Positions 52,909 to 63,241 of a stretch of 64,000 bases of DNA are shown piece by piece; positions within the stretch are counted from its first letter, which is position 1; each line of letters starts with the position of its first letter. Position numbers and translations under genes: made by a program. The notes below the pieces were generated by a model. It searched no databases, was not told the origin of the DNA, and saw nothing but the letters and a program-made list of their open reading frames with translations. The DNA comes from an uncultured Candidatus Entotheonella sp. (GTDB lineage Bacteria > Tectomicrobia > Entotheonellia > Entotheonellales > Entotheonellaceae), in assembly GCA_965217185.1 (NCBI GenBank), contig OZ244252.1, positions 1 to 64,000 on the forward strand, read 5' to 3'.

Positions 52909-53808
52909 TCATCCGGGCAGGAGTGGACTGAGTACCAGCGCAGCGGACAGGAGCAGGCCGAAACGCAGGTGGAGTTGGGCGGTACCGCGCAGAGCCTGGT
53001 GCAGGTCGGGGCGTTCGGTGCCGTGCCAGACCTTGCGGGCGACGGCAATGGCTTGGGGTAGGATAAGGAGCGGGGCGAGCCAGGGCCAGGAGCCGAGACG
53101 GGCGAGTACCAGCACGGCGATGCTCGCGAAGGCGATCAGGAGCAGGGCGCAATAGATCAGGGCGACAGGTTGCCGGCCCCACAGGTGCACGAGGGTCGTC
53201 TTGCCGCTGTGGCGGTCCTCGTTGGCGTCGCGGAGGTTGTTGGCGATGAGAATAGCGGTCACCAGACAGGCGACTGGCAGGGATAGCCAGATGGCAGGCC
53301 AAGTCAGGGTTTGGGTCTGGACGTAAAAACTGCCGAGAACCATGACCGGCCCCATGAAGACGAAGACCAGGGGTTCTCCCAAGGCCACGTTACCCAAGGG
53401 GAGGGGGCCGGCGCTGTAGCAGTAGGCAACGCCGACGCTGGCCAGACACACGACGGCCAGCGGCCAGCCGGTTTGGGTCACGAGATACACGCCAATCAGC
53501 GCCGCGAGGCCGAAGCAGGTCAGCGCGCCCCGCAGAACGGCGGCGGGCGTCAGCAGGCCATGGGCGATCACCTTGTACGGCGCTTGCACCTTGTGTTGGG
53601 CGGTGTCGGCGTCATGATCGGCGTATTCGTCGGTGAGGTTGGTGCCGCACTGCACGAGAACCGATCCGATCAGCACCAGGATGAATAGAAAAGGGTGGAA
53701 AACACCGGACTGGGCGGCCAATAGGCTGCCGACCAGCACCGGAACCACCGCGGCGCTGAGGGTGAAAGGCCGGATGGCCTGAAACCAGACGTGCATCGAT
53801 TCCCGCAT
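52909..53808 (-). CDS. menA: 1,4-dihydroxy-2-naphthoate prenyltransferase
   Basis: RPFTL, YSAGP, LGE, ANNLRD...D...GKTTL. Confidence 0.92.
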   Translation of the reverse strand: MRESMHVWFQAIRPFTLSAAVVPVLVGSLLAAQSGVFHPFLFILVLIGSVLVQCGTNLTDEYADHDADTAQHKVQAPYKVIAHGLLTPAAVLRGALTCFGLAALIGVYLVTQTGWPLAVVCLASVGVAYCYSAGPLPLGNVALGEPLVFVFMGPVMVLGSFYVQTQTLTWPAIWLSLPVACLVTAILIANNLRDANEDRHSGKTTLVHLWGRQPVALIYCALLLIAFASIAVLVLARLGSWPWLAPLLILPQAIAVARKVWHGTERPDLHQALRGTAQLHLRFGLLLSAALVLSPLLPG

Positions 53809-53824
53809 ATGTGTTCCCTACCGC

Positions 53825-54622
53825 CTACCAAGGGGTTCGACGATATTTCGCAAAATCCGGTTGGCGTTTTTCGAGGAACGCCGTGCGCCCCTCGGTGGCC
53901 TCGTCGCTGGTGTAGAAGAGGCTGGTGGCGCCGTGCGCCAGGGCTTGCAAGCCGTAGCCGTGGTCGGTGTCGGCGTTGAAGCCGGCCTTCATGAAGCGGA
54001 TTGCCGTCGGGCTCTTCGCCAAGATTTTGCGGCACCAGAGAGCCGTCTCTTCATCCAACTGTTCGCGCGGCACGACCTTGTTGACCAAGCCCATGTCCCG
54101 TGCCTCCTCGGCGCTGTATTGGTCGCACAGGTACCAGATTTCGCGCGCCTTCTTCTCGCCCACGATGCGTGCCAGGTACATGGCGCCGAAACCCGCGTCG
54201 AAACTGCCCACCTTCGGTCCCGTCTGGCCGAAAATGGCGCGGTCCGAGGCGATGGTAAGGTCGCAGATGACGTGCAGGACGTGCCCGCCGCCGATTGAAT
54301 AGCCGTCCACCTTGGCGATGACCGGCTTGGGAATTTCGCGGATCGTGCGGTGCAGGTTGCGGACTTGTAGGCGCGGCGTTCCCGACTCGTCGTTATAGCC
54401 GCCCTGGCCGCGGATTTTCTGGTCGCCGCCGGTGCAGAAATTGCTTTTCTCGCCGGTCAGCACCACCACGCCGATGCCGTCGTCGTACCAGGCGTCGTGA
54501 AACGCCTCCAGCATCTCGTCGATTGTGCGCGGGCGGAACGCGTTAAGAACCCATGGGCGGTTCATGCTCACGGTCGCCACGCCGTCTGCTTTTGTGTAGA
54601 TGATGTCCTCGAATTCTGGCAT
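53825..54622 (-). CDS. menB: 1,4-dihydroxy-2-naphthoyl-CoA synthase
   Basis: [34 protein letters not shown]. Confidence 0.97.
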   Translation of the reverse strand: MPEFEDIIYTKADGVATVSMNRPWVLNAFRPRTIDEMLEAFHDAWYDDGIGVVVLTGEKSNFCTGGDQKIRGQGGYNDESGTPRLQVRNLHRTIREIPKPVIAKVDGYSIGGGHVLHVICDLTIASDRAIFGQTGPKVGSFDAGFGAMYLARIVGEKKAREIWYLCDQYSAEEARDMGLVNKVVPREQLDEETALWCRKILAKSPTAIRFMKAGFNADTDHGYGLQALAHGATSLFYTSDEATEGRTAFLEKRQPDFAKYRRTPW

Positions 54623-54657
54623 GTCCTACCTCATGTTCATGTGTGTGTTGATGGTGA

Positions 54658-55437
54658 TCAATCGCCTCTGTCCGGTCGGACGGCGCGGTAGATATACACC
54701 ACGCCGCCCGTAAGGGATCGTGCCTGCACGTCGGTGAAACTCTGCTCCCGCATGGCCTGCTTGAAGCGGGCGCCGGCGGGAAAGACCGCCGCCGTGCGGG
54801 GCAGATAAGCATAGGCTTCCGAGTGCCCCGACAGCCAGCCGCCGATGCGCGGCAGCAGATAGCGTGAATAGAATCGAAACAGGGGCCCGAAGACGGCGCC
54901 CTGCGGCTGGCCGAATTCCAGCACCACGGCCACCCCGCCGGGACGCAGCACGCGGTACATCTCGCCCAAGGCCGTGGCCAGACAATCGACGTTGCGCAGG
55001 CCGAAGGCGACGCTCACCGCATCGAAGGAAGCGTCGCGGAAGGGCAGGCGCTGCGCGTCGGCAAGGGCAAAGGCGATGGGTGCCCGGTGTCGGGCGGCCT
55101 TGTGCCGGCCCCGCACCAGCATGGCGTCGCAAAAATCGGTGGCAACGACCCGTCCATCCCGCCCGGTGCGCCGAGCAAAGGCCAGCGCGAGGTCTGCGGT
55201 GCCGCTGCACAGGTCCAGAACGGCCGCGCCATGCCGCAAGCCGCTCGCCGTCACCGTCCGGCGCCGCCAGTAATGATGCAGCCCCAGGCTCAACACGCTG
55301 TTGAGCCGGTCGTATCGCCCGGCGATGGCGGCGAACATGTCCTTTACGGTCTGTCCCGTACGCGCCCCCTCCCTGGCCCTCCCCCACGGGAGGGGGGAGG
55401 AGATCAGAGCTTGGCCTTCCCCTTGAATAGGGCTCAA
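54658..55437 (-). CDS. menG: Demethylmenaquinone methyltransferase UbiE/MenG (start uncertain: TTG 55437 or ATG 55338)
   Basis: MF..IA.RYD.LN..LS.G, LDLCSGTAD, AFGLRNV, AYAYL. Confidence 0.92.
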   Translation of the reverse strand: MSPIQGEGQALISSPLPWGRAREGARTGQTVKDMFAAIAGRYDRLNSVLSLGLHHYWRRRTVTASGLRHGAAVLDLCSGTADLALAFARRTGRDGRVVATDFCDAMLVRGRHKAARHRAPIAFALADAQRLPFRDASFDAVSVAFGLRNVDCLATALGEMYRVLRPGGVAVVLEFGQPQGAVFGPLFRFYSRYLLPRIGGWLSGHSEAYAYLPRTAAVFPAGARFKQAMREQSFTDVQARSLTGGVVYIYRAVRPDRGD

Positions 55438-55476
55438 CTCCCTCTCCCCTGGAGGGAGAGGGTTGGGGTGAGGGGG
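55365..55476. repeat. Inverted pair of C/G-tract palindromic repeats
   Basis: CCCCCTCCCTGGCCCTCCCCCACGGGAGGGGGGAGG and reverse-oriented CCCCCTCACCCCAACCCTCTCCCTCCAGGGGAGAGGGAG. Confidence 0.75.
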
Positions 55477-55609
55477 AAGGTTCCGGATGACGAGCCGTCT
55501 TGATCCGAAGTGTTCCTAGCGGCCCGATGCTTGCGACAACGGATATTATTCAGTATATGGAGCGGGTCGGCAATCACCTGTTCGCGCGCAAACACTTAGG
55601 AGTAACGCG

Positions 55610-55978
55610 ATGACCTCAGCATGGTGCCTGCGGCTGGCCGCGGTGAGCGGATTCCTCGTGGTCGCCTTGGGCGCTTTCGGTGCCCACGGGCTCAAGGCCA
55701 TTCTGCAACGGTATGAAACCCTGGAGACGTGGCAGACGGCGGTGTTTTACCATGCGCTTCACACGCTGGTCCTGCTTGCCCTGTCGTCGCATTCCGACGT
55801 CAGCAAGGGCGCCGTCATCAGCTTCGTGTTCGGCATCGTCGTATTCAGCGGCAGCCTGTACCTGCTGGCGGTGACCAACGTGCGTTGGCTGGGCGCCGTA
55901 ACCCCCATCGGCGGCGTGGGATTGCTGGTCGGGTGGGCGTGGCTGTTCATCGCCGCAGGCGCAAAAATGCAGGGATAG
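55610..55978 (+). CDS. DUF423 (YgdD/TMEM256-like) membrane protein
   Basis: GAFGAHGL, TAVFYH, FSGSLY, GAVTPIGG. Confidence 0.93.
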   Translation: MTSAWCLRLAAVSGFLVVALGAFGAHGLKAILQRYETLETWQTAVFYHALHTLVLLALSSHSDVSKGAVISFVFGIVVFSGSLYLLAVTNVRWLGAVTPIGGVGLLVGWAWLFIAAGAKMQG

Positions 55979-56053
55979 GCCCCGCTTGGCGCGCCAATGG
56001 GCGTGATATAATCCGCCATCCTGCATTCTCTTTCCTGTTAGGAACCTTCTCTC

Positions 56054-56881
56054 ATGTCCTCATACCGCTTTTGCCGTCCGGACGATCTGGAGTTGATCGT
56101 GTGGGCGATCAATCAATGCTGCCGCATCCACGAGACGGACACCCCGGAGATGACCGAGGAGCGGCTGAAGACCCACATGACGCTGTTTGCCGTGCGCCCT
56201 GGGAATTGCATGGTGGCGCTCGAACGGCAGCAGCCGGTGGCGGCGGTCATCAGCACGCGGCGCGAGGCGGGTGCGTGGATTCAGACCCTGGGCTGCCAGC
56301 CGGCCTTTCAGCGCCGCGGCGTCGCCTCCCAGCTTGTCGAGGCGTTAATTCGCAAAATTGCCATCCAGCGTACCGAAGACATTACGGTAGACGTCCCTGA
56401 GGATAACGACGCGGCGCTTAACTTCTTCCAGGCCGTTGGCTTCGAGGAGCGCGGGCGTTTCGTCACCCTGGCGGGCAAGCCGGACAGCCCCGGCGACCTG
56501 ACTGGAGAAGTCGTCCAGGCGCCGGCGGCGGAGTTGCTGAATGCCTACGAGGCGTTCCATGCTTATCCGGCGTGCTGGGAGCGCAGTGTTGATTCCCTGG
56601 CGGGCTATGGCGAGTTGATCCAGGGCTATGCCTATCGTGAAGACGGCGCGGCGCGGGGCTACCTGTTGCACCAGGGCGCAACGATTCTGGACCTCGCCTG
56701 CGCGCCCGACGCGGACGCGGCTCAGGTCAGCGCCATCTTGCTGGACCGCCTGGGTGCCCCCGGCGCGTCACCGTTCACCCTTCCCAAGGTGAATGCGGCC
56801 GACCCGTTGTTCGACATCCTGCAGCAGCAGGGCCTGCAGCCTGTGCGCAGCTACCGCCTGATGGGGCAGAAGCTGTCGTGA
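56054..56881 (+). CDS. GNAT family N-acetyltransferase
   Basis: P.FQRRGVAS.L acetyl-CoA motif, N.AALNFF..VGF. Confidence 0.85.
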   Translation: MSSYRFCRPDDLELIVWAINQCCRIHETDTPEMTEERLKTHMTLFAVRPGNCMVALERQQPVAAVISTRREAGAWIQTLGCQPAFQRRGVASQLVEALIRKIAIQRTEDITVDVPEDNDAALNFFQAVGFEERGRFVTLAGKPDSPGDLTGEVVQAPAAELLNAYEAFHAYPACWERSVDSLAGYGELIQGYAYREDGAARGYLLHQGATILDLACAPDADAAQVSAILLDRLGAPGASPFTLPKVNAADPLFDILQQQGLQPVRSYRLMGQKLS

Positions 56882-56919
56882 GGCGCTTCAACCGCCCAAT
56901 TCAAACGAAAGAGTGAGTC

Positions 56920-57324
56920 ATGAATGCAACGACGACACGCCCTGTCATTCTGGAGGACCTGATCGAACGGATTGCGTCCCAGGCATTTGATACCCATATC
57001 TTCACGATCTGCACCAACACCGGACGCGCCCTGCAGCGGCCGGTCAAAGACCAGTATCCGCATCTCGTGGCGGTTGGGCGGGTCAGTCGGACGGTCGAGA
57101 TCGTCGGCATGGTGGAAACCGACGAGAGTCTGCGCGACCTCACTGCCGCCATGCGGCGCTGGCGCGCCCTGGACCACCTGCAAGCCGCCGCCTACCTGTA
57201 CGTCCCCAAAGGCCGCAGCGCCGACGCGCGCACGCTGTGCCTGCGCGAGACCATTCGCATTTCCGATTTCCGGCATTATTGGTTCGACGGCGAGACGCTA
57301 TGCCTCGAGCGCTGCTTCGCTTGA
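56920..57324 (+). CDS. Hypothetical protein, possible degenerate PD-(D/E)XK fold
   Basis: YPHLV...IVGMVETDES...W...YLYVP pattern; GC3-biased codon usage. Confidence 0.6.
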   Translation: MNATTTRPVILEDLIERIASQAFDTHIFTICTNTGRALQRPVKDQYPHLVAVGRVSRTVEIVGMVETDESLRDLTAAMRRWRALDHLQAAAYLYVPKGRSADARTLCLRETIRISDFRHYWFDGETLCLERCFA

Positions 57325-58533
57325 TGCGTAGGCTGGGGTTTCCGGGAAGTCACACGTGATCCACTGCGTGCCTTCCAGAGCCAGTTGCAGCAGGGCAGGG
57401 GTGTCCAGCGCCTGCTCGGCCGCTTCAATGTCCGGCAGGGTCGTACGGGTGGCGGGGCGGCGCGGCACGAACAGCGTGCAGCAATCCTGGTCGGGGAGGA
57501 TCGAGGTGGCATAGGTCCCGATGGCTTCCGCCTGTTCCATGATCTCGGCCTTGTCCATACCGATGAGGGGACGCAGCACCGGCAAGGTGCTGACGGCCTC
57601 GATGACGCTCAGGTTGCTGAGGGTCTGTGACGCCACCTGACCCAGTGATTCGCCGGTCACCAACGCCTGGGCGCCAAGCTGCTGAGCCAGAGCGTCGGCA
57701 ATCCGCAGCATGTATCGCCGGTAGAGGACGACGCGGTACGGTGCCGGCACGGCGCTCACGATGCGTTGCTGCACCTCGCCGAACGGCACCATGCACAATT
57801 TCGTATGGTACTGATGCTGGGTCAGCAGGCGCGCCAGAGTCTGGGCCTTGCGCTGCGAGGCGCGGTCCAGGAACGGGTAGCTGTGAAAGTGGACGACGTG
57901 CACCTGGCAGCCCCGCTTCATCATCCGGTAAGCGGCCACCGGCGAGTCCAGCCCTCCCGACAGTAGCCCCAGCAGCGTGCCGCCCGTGCCGACGGGCAAG
58001 CCGCCCGCCCCAGCCGTTTTTTCCACGTAAATCAATGTCTGCCGCGGGATTACCTCGACGTGCACAACCAACTCCGGGTTCTTCAAGTCCACCTTCGTGG
58101 CGTGGGACTCCAGCACGTGGGTACCAAGGATGCGGCTGATCTCCTGCGATCCCCACGGCAACTCCTTGAACGCCCGCCGCGCCGTGATGCGGAAGCTGGC
58201 GAAACTGCGGCCATGCAGGGCGCGGCTCACCGCCTGCTTGACGGCTTCGAGGTCGTGCGGCGCCGTCCAGCAACGTGAGAAATTGGCCACGCCGAAGACC
58301 TGCTGCAGGCGCTCCTCAAGCTCCCCCCAGGGAACGCTTTCGGGCGCGGTCAGCAACAGCCGTCCCGATTGCTGCTCCACGGAGCCCTCGCCCAGCGAAC
58401 TGAGCGCCCGCTCCAGGTTGCGCATCAGGGCGTGCAGAAAGACCGGCCGGTTCCTGCCCTTGAGGCCCAACTCGCCGTAGTGGACAACGATGTGGCGTCT
58501 CGGATCCTGCGTAGTTCGGTCCGCGGGTACCAT
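57298..58533 (-). CDS. thiI: tRNA 4-thiouridine synthase, short form without rhodanese domain
   Basis: HYGELGLKGRNR, THUMP, GGLPVG, LLSGGLDSPVA, GESLGQVASQT, DCC. Confidence 0.95.
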   Translation of the reverse strand: MVPADRTTQDPRRHIVVHYGELGLKGRNRPVFLHALMRNLERALSSLGEGSVEQQSGRLLLTAPESVPWGELEERLQQVFGVANFSRCWTAPHDLEAVKQAVSRALHGRSFASFRITARRAFKELPWGSQEISRILGTHVLESHATKVDLKNPELVVHVEVIPRQTLIYVEKTAGAGGLPVGTGGTLLGLLSGGLDSPVAAYRMMKRGCQVHVVHFHSYPFLDRASQRKAQTLARLLTQHQYHTKLCMVPFGEVQQRIVSAVPAPYRVVLYRRYMLRIADALAQQLGAQALVTGESLGQVASQTLSNLSVIEAVSTLPVLRPLIGMDKAEIMEQAEAIGTYATSILPDQDCCTLFVPRRPATRTTLPDIEAAEQALDTPALLQLALEGTQWITCDFPETPAYASSEAALEA

Positions 58534-58812
58534 CGGCTCTGAATGTCCTCTGGCGGTGTCTGCTACCATTCGAAGAATACGGTTAGCCATTTCAACCTTT
58601 ATTCTTGTCATATGCACACTGATTGGAGGCTCATAACGCTTCCGAGCCGCAAGCCGCTCAAAACGAGATGCCGGAAACAAACTCACCCATATTCTGAGCG
58701 TTCTGGAACTGACAGAGTAGACTGGCAACGGCGTCAAAGCATACCGCCGCAGAAGGCTGGACCTTACCAACTCTTGCGAGAGGAAGCGACGCTTCCAAAC
58801 GGCACTAAGGAC

Positions 58813-58855
58813 GGGAAATATGCCCGCGGGCAATGAAACCCGCGGGGTATGTCCC
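58813..58855. other. GC-rich intergenic stem-loop
   Basis: GGGAAATATGCCCGCGGG-loop-CCCGCGGGGTATGTCCC, 3' of the minus-strand ORF ending at 58890. Confidence 0.45.
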
Positions 58856-58889
58856 GGAGGGGCGGCTGGCAGGTTCTGATAAGCCCAGC

Positions 58890-59871
58890 CTATGTAAACT
58901 GAAACAACCAGGGCGTTGGATACACCCACTCAAAATCATAGGGGCAGGCTGGCAACGGGATGTATCCGAACACCTCGTGGGCCCAGGGCTGGCATCCTTC
59001 AGTCTCGGATGTCGGAGGAGTGCGCAGGGCGAATAGAGGGCATGTCGGGTATCCCATGTCGATTTCGTCGCACACATCGGTGCAGCATGCGCCCAAAAGG
59101 ATTGATGTTCCGGCCGGCCCCTCGTTTGGGCCGCAGGGTTTTCGTGCAATTACCAAGGGTCGGTTCGGATGCTCTAAACACATCGATCCTGGAGGGGCCG
59201 TCTCACCTCCGGAAGCTGACGGACAAGAACCCGGAGGCCCGATGGTCACATTCAAGTTCGCTGTTGAACCTGCCCCGCCCTGATGCCTCCAGGATTGCTT
59301 TGTACCACCGTTTATCTGAATCTCACCAGTGTTTTCGTTTGTGTGAAGGCAGTCACCTTTGTAACCCGTTCCGTTGAGAGCAAGCATCTCCACCGAGTTT
59401 TCTCCCTCCTGGACCGGCACATCGAAACAACTGGGTTCATTGAACAGCTCTCCAGAAAACTCCACATTGCCGTTTACTGTTACTCGTATTGCATCACCAT
59501 CTTCACATTGGTGATCGCGCACGCATATCTCTACTTTCTGAGTGCACGAGGAAGGGATGGTGACGTTGAAGTCGTCGAGTGGAACCGCAATAAAGTCATC
59601 TGGAGGCTCCGGGGCTAGAAGCCGCGCGGGAAACTCAATCTCTTCGTTGGTTGGCCCGAGTGATAGGGTGAAGGTGAAATCTAAGCCGCCTTGCGGAATC
59701 ATGCCGCTACCGTCAAGGAAGAATTGCATAACCAGCCTATCTTCCGTTGTTTCACCTGTGATAAACCCTCCAATATCGAGGTCAGATATAGCCGTCAGGC
59801 GGAAGTTGCGATGATACGCTGGTTCCTCTCTGTCCGGGTAATTGGCAAAATCCTCAAGGGGCAATAGAAGG
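58890..59871 (-). pseudogene. C-terminal part of a probable extracellular, Cys-rich protein truncated by IS66
   Basis: Open frame runs to the IS66 TIR; VRDHQCEDGDAIRV.VNG...GEN...ALNG motif; about 11 Cys. Confidence 0.7.
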
Positions 59872-61398
59872 GTAAGCGTTCAGAGGGTCAGAACGGTGCG
59901 GAGGTTATCGTAGCCAAGAGAGGTCAGGTTGCCGTCCGTTCATGAACGCCCCGAGGGCGTCCACCAACACCGAAAAGCTCGATTGCCCCAGTTGCCGGCA
60001 CGTCTGACGCAACGGTAGACTCCGTTGTACCCAAGCGTTGCCTTTGGCACTTGCCGTACCCAAGGAACCCTTGCGCCACAACAGGCCAAAGCGCAAGGCG
60101 CGCTCCGCCCGGTTGTTCGTCGGCTCAACTCCCGGCTCGTTGAGAAACACCCACAGCGAACCCGCCTCACGGCGTAAATGTCTCACCAGACGACCCGCAT
60201 CATCAGGGCGACTCTCATAACGCTTCACGAGACGACACAAACGCGCATACCACGCCTGCCACTGACCACCACTTGGCGGCGCGTGAGCCATCTGACACAA
60301 CCGCTGAAGCTCCTTCAAAGCCACCTTGCCGCAAGCAGCAAGGTCGGCTTGGGGTCGCTGGGACAACTCCCGGGCTCGGCGAACAAGATGCGCCAAGCAA
60401 CTCTGACGAGCATTGCCCCAAGCTTGATACACGCCGTAGCCGTCGCTGACCAGAGTGCCTCGCCAATCCTTTATCAGAGACTCAAAGGCCGCCTGCGAAC
60501 GCTTGGCATGAATACGGTACAGGGCCACCGTGTCCGTGACCATGCTCCAGAGCCACTGCAAGGCATGGCCGCAGTACCACGGCGTCTCATCGACGTAGCC
60601 CACAGGCGCCTTGCGGGCCAAGCGAGCAATGGCCGCATCGTGCGGCACGATGGCCAGGGAGGTGCGGTCAATGAGGCGTTGAATCGCACCCAGACTGATC
60701 GACACCCCCAACACCGAACGACAAAAGTCCTGCACACCACGCCGGGAGGTGCGGTCAATGGCGCTGAGTTCACCTGTCAAGGCCGTCAAACGTGGGCCAT
60801 AGCCGCTCTGTCGAGCCTTGGGCAGCCGGGCTTTGAGCCACTTGCCACAACCCGCACACTTGCCTTGGTGCAAGACCCAGTGCGTGACGTGCATCAAGGT
60901 GGATGGCAATTCCATGACTTGATGGGTGTGATACGGCGTCGTCAAACGCGGCACGCCTTGACCACACGTGCAGGGTTCAGGATAGATGGCTTGCCGCTCA
61001 CTGGGACGGTGTAACTTGGGACCTGCGCCGGGGTGACCTTGTCGGGCGCCGCGTTTGCCTGTGGGCTTGCTTGGGTTGCCTGCGTGTCTTTGGAAGGGCG
61101 AATCCGACGAGGGTGGCTTGTCGGATGTCTTGGCGGTGCGTTGCAAGCGATTTTGGAGTCGCTCGATTTGCTGTTGGAGTTGGACCAAACGCTGATGCAG
61201 GTTGAGGAGATAGGCCTGTACGGTCGGAGGGGTTTGTTGCCAATCGCTTTGCGACAACGACTCAGGCGGCCTCGACGGCTTCATCCGGACTCCCTGCAAA
61301 CAGGTCAATAGAAGACGCAACGCGAAAGAAGTATGACCCTAGCCCACAATCGCCTGATCAGGCAACAGAGAAGTGTAGAGAGCCCCCTGAACGCTTAC
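59872..61398 (-). mobile_element. Single-ORF IS66-family element (ISBst12-like)
   Basis: TIRs GTAAGCGTTCAG / CTGAACGCTTAC; no target duplication. Confidence 0.92.
59905..61284 (-). CDS. IS66 family DDE transposase
   Basis: S.KPPSSD, zinc-finger Cys pairs, VDET, SDGY..Y, Q.CLAHL.R, PTNN.AERALR. Confidence 0.95.
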   Translation of the reverse strand: MKPSRPPESLSQSDWQQTPPTVQAYLLNLHQRLVQLQQQIERLQNRLQRTAKTSDKPPSSDSPFQRHAGNPSKPTGKRGARQGHPGAGPKLHRPSERQAIYPEPCTCGQGVPRLTTPYHTHQVMELPSTLMHVTHWVLHQGKCAGCGKWLKARLPKARQSGYGPRLTALTGELSAIDRTSRRGVQDFCRSVLGVSISLGAIQRLIDRTSLAIVPHDAAIARLARKAPVGYVDETPWYCGHALQWLWSMVTDTVALYRIHAKRSQAAFESLIKDWRGTLVSDGYGVYQAWGNARQSCLAHLVRRARELSQRPQADLAACGKVALKELQRLCQMAHAPPSGGQWQAWYARLCRLVKRYESRPDDAGRLVRHLRREAGSLWVFLNEPGVEPTNNRAERALRFGLLWRKGSLGTASAKGNAWVQRSLPLRQTCRQLGQSSFSVLVDALGAFMNGRQPDLSWLR

Positions 61399-61745
61399 CT
61401 GTCACCTATACACCCAACGCGGGTTTTACAGGCCCCGATCAATTCATGTACACCGTCAGCGATGGCACGGACGAAGCTACCGCTATGGTTATGGTCACGG
61501 TGACGGCACCGCCGCCCCCGGCTAACAATGCGCCGATGGCGACCGACGACGAGGCGGAGACCAACGAAGGCGAATCCGTGATGATCGACGTTTTGGTCAA
61601 CGACACCGATGCCGACGAGGACAGCCTCACAATTACGGACGCGACCGATGGCAATGACGGCACCGTTGACGTCGCGACTGATGGCGCATCTGTCACCTAC
61701 ACACCCAACGCGGATTTTGCAGGTGAGGATCAATTCATGTACACC

Positions 61746-63241
61746 GAGCCACTTGCAAAACTCCGCTAGTTTGGCCTCGGAGCGGTTGTCATGAGACCGT
61801 ACGGTGAATCATTTGCCGTCGGTGGTTCCAATTGCCACGAATTCAGCCATGGCGGTGCCGAGTTCCGGCTCCCGTCTTGCGATGCGGACGCAACTCTCCC
61901 CCCTGCGTACAGGACAGCAGCGTGTGCCGGGATGGAGGAAACGGGACCGCGAGACCAGCTTCAGGTCACCAAGCGCATCAACTGATCAACCGTGAGCGCC
62001 ACAATCCCGAACATCAGATGACACAGCACCTTGGCATGGCCGCGCACGCGCACGCTGCGACCTCCGAATTCATCCTTGAGGCGACCATTGACGCGCTCGA
62101 CGGTCGAGCGTTCGTGGTAACGTCTCTCCTCAGACAGGACCAACCCACAGGCACGCCGTGCCTGCCTCTCCTGCCGCAGCGCCTGCTTGCGCGCGCCGCT
62201 GCGGGGGTTGACGTCGATGATCGCAACATGACCCAGGGCGCGGCTGTGGGCGCGGATTTCCGGGGCATCGTAGGCGCTGTCCATCAGGTCATACAGGTTG
62301 CGGACTCGCTCCGCCGTCAGGGTCGCCAGCGGGATGGCGACTTGGCTGTCGTGCAGCGACGCCGAGGTAAGCAGGCAACTGACCGGGATGGCGCCGTCGG
62401 CCGCGTCAATATGCAACTTGTAGCCGCTCCATGACGTCTGATAGCCCTTGGCGTCGCGCTTGACGCCAATGTCACAGGCGTACGGCAAGTCGGCGAGCAT
62501 CTCCGGCAGGGTCATGTTGCGCTGGCGCTCCAGACGGCGCGGCTCCGTGGGGCGCTCCTCGCCCTTGCGCGGACGCCCGCGCCGCCGCTTCGGCTTGGCC
62601 GGCTGCGGCGCCTTCGGGGTCGGTCTCTCGCGCCCTTCAATCGCCGTCGAATCGCGTGAAATATGGCCTGCCAGACGCTCACCCTGGGTGCGTTTGATCA
62701 GCGCCTCGTGCAGGTGGCTCGGCAAGGCGCTGTCGGCAAATTCGGCAAAGGCACGTGAAAACGTCGCCTCGCTCGGAATGTGCTTGACGCTACGCCAGCC
62801 GCACAACCGGCGCAGGGTGCTGTCGTGGCGCAGACGATCAAGCAACATCCGGGTGCTAACCAGCGCGAAGACGGCCTTGGCGATGAAGGCGCGGGCTAAG
62901 GCCGCGCGGTCGCTTGGCGGACAGCCGCGACGCCGGTGCTGGTACGGCAGCAGCGTTTCCACCCGCACCCATTCGAGCACCATGACGAAGCGCTGATGGC
63001 GTTCCCCCAGCGCCCCGATCGTTTCCTCAAGCTGCGGGAACAGCAGCGCTTGAAAGCAAGACCAGTAACTCGATAGTATCTCACGTAAGGCCATTGGGGT
63101 CGTTCCTCCTGATTCGGTTGTTTGACAACTCAACAGAATCAGAAAGCGGCCCCAATGTCCACCAATCAGCCCCAGAGCCTGCCCCGTGCTTGACACGGAG
63201 AAAGAAAATCCCACTCGTACACGCAATTCTGCAAGTGGCTC
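61746..63241 (-). mobile_element. IS1182/IS5-like insertion sequence
   Basis: TIRs GAGCCACTTGCA / TGCAAGTGGCTC; 4-bp target duplication CACC; excision restores MYT-VSDG. Confidence 0.92.
61961..63094 (-). CDS. DDE transposase (DUF772-like N-terminus)
   Basis: LCGW...PSEATFSRAF, SRDSTAIE, GYKLH, MDSAYD, RSTVERVNGRLK. Confidence 0.93.
   Translation of the reverse strand: MALREILSSYWSCFQALLFPQLEETIGALGERHQRFVMVLEWVRVETLLPYQHRRRGCPPSDRAALARAFIAKAVFALVSTRMLLDRLRHDSTLRRLCGWRSVKHIPSEATFSRAFAEFADSALPSHLHEALIKRTQGERLAGHISRDSTAIEGRERPTPKAPQPAKPKRRRGRPRKGEERPTEPRRLERQRNMTLPEMLADLPYACDIGVKRDAKGYQTSWSGYKLHIDAADGAIPVSCLLTSASLHDSQVAIPLATLTAERVRNLYDLMDSAYDAPEIRAHSRALGHVAIIDVNPRSGARKQALRQERQARRACGLVLSEERRYHERSTVERVNGRLKDEFGGRSVRVRGHAKVLCHLMFGIVALTVDQLMRLVT

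Noticed and set aside
57298..58929. 543-aa extended ThiI with an extra N-terminal domain
   Set aside because: The extension upstream of about 58533 is non-protein-like open frame across intergenic DNA
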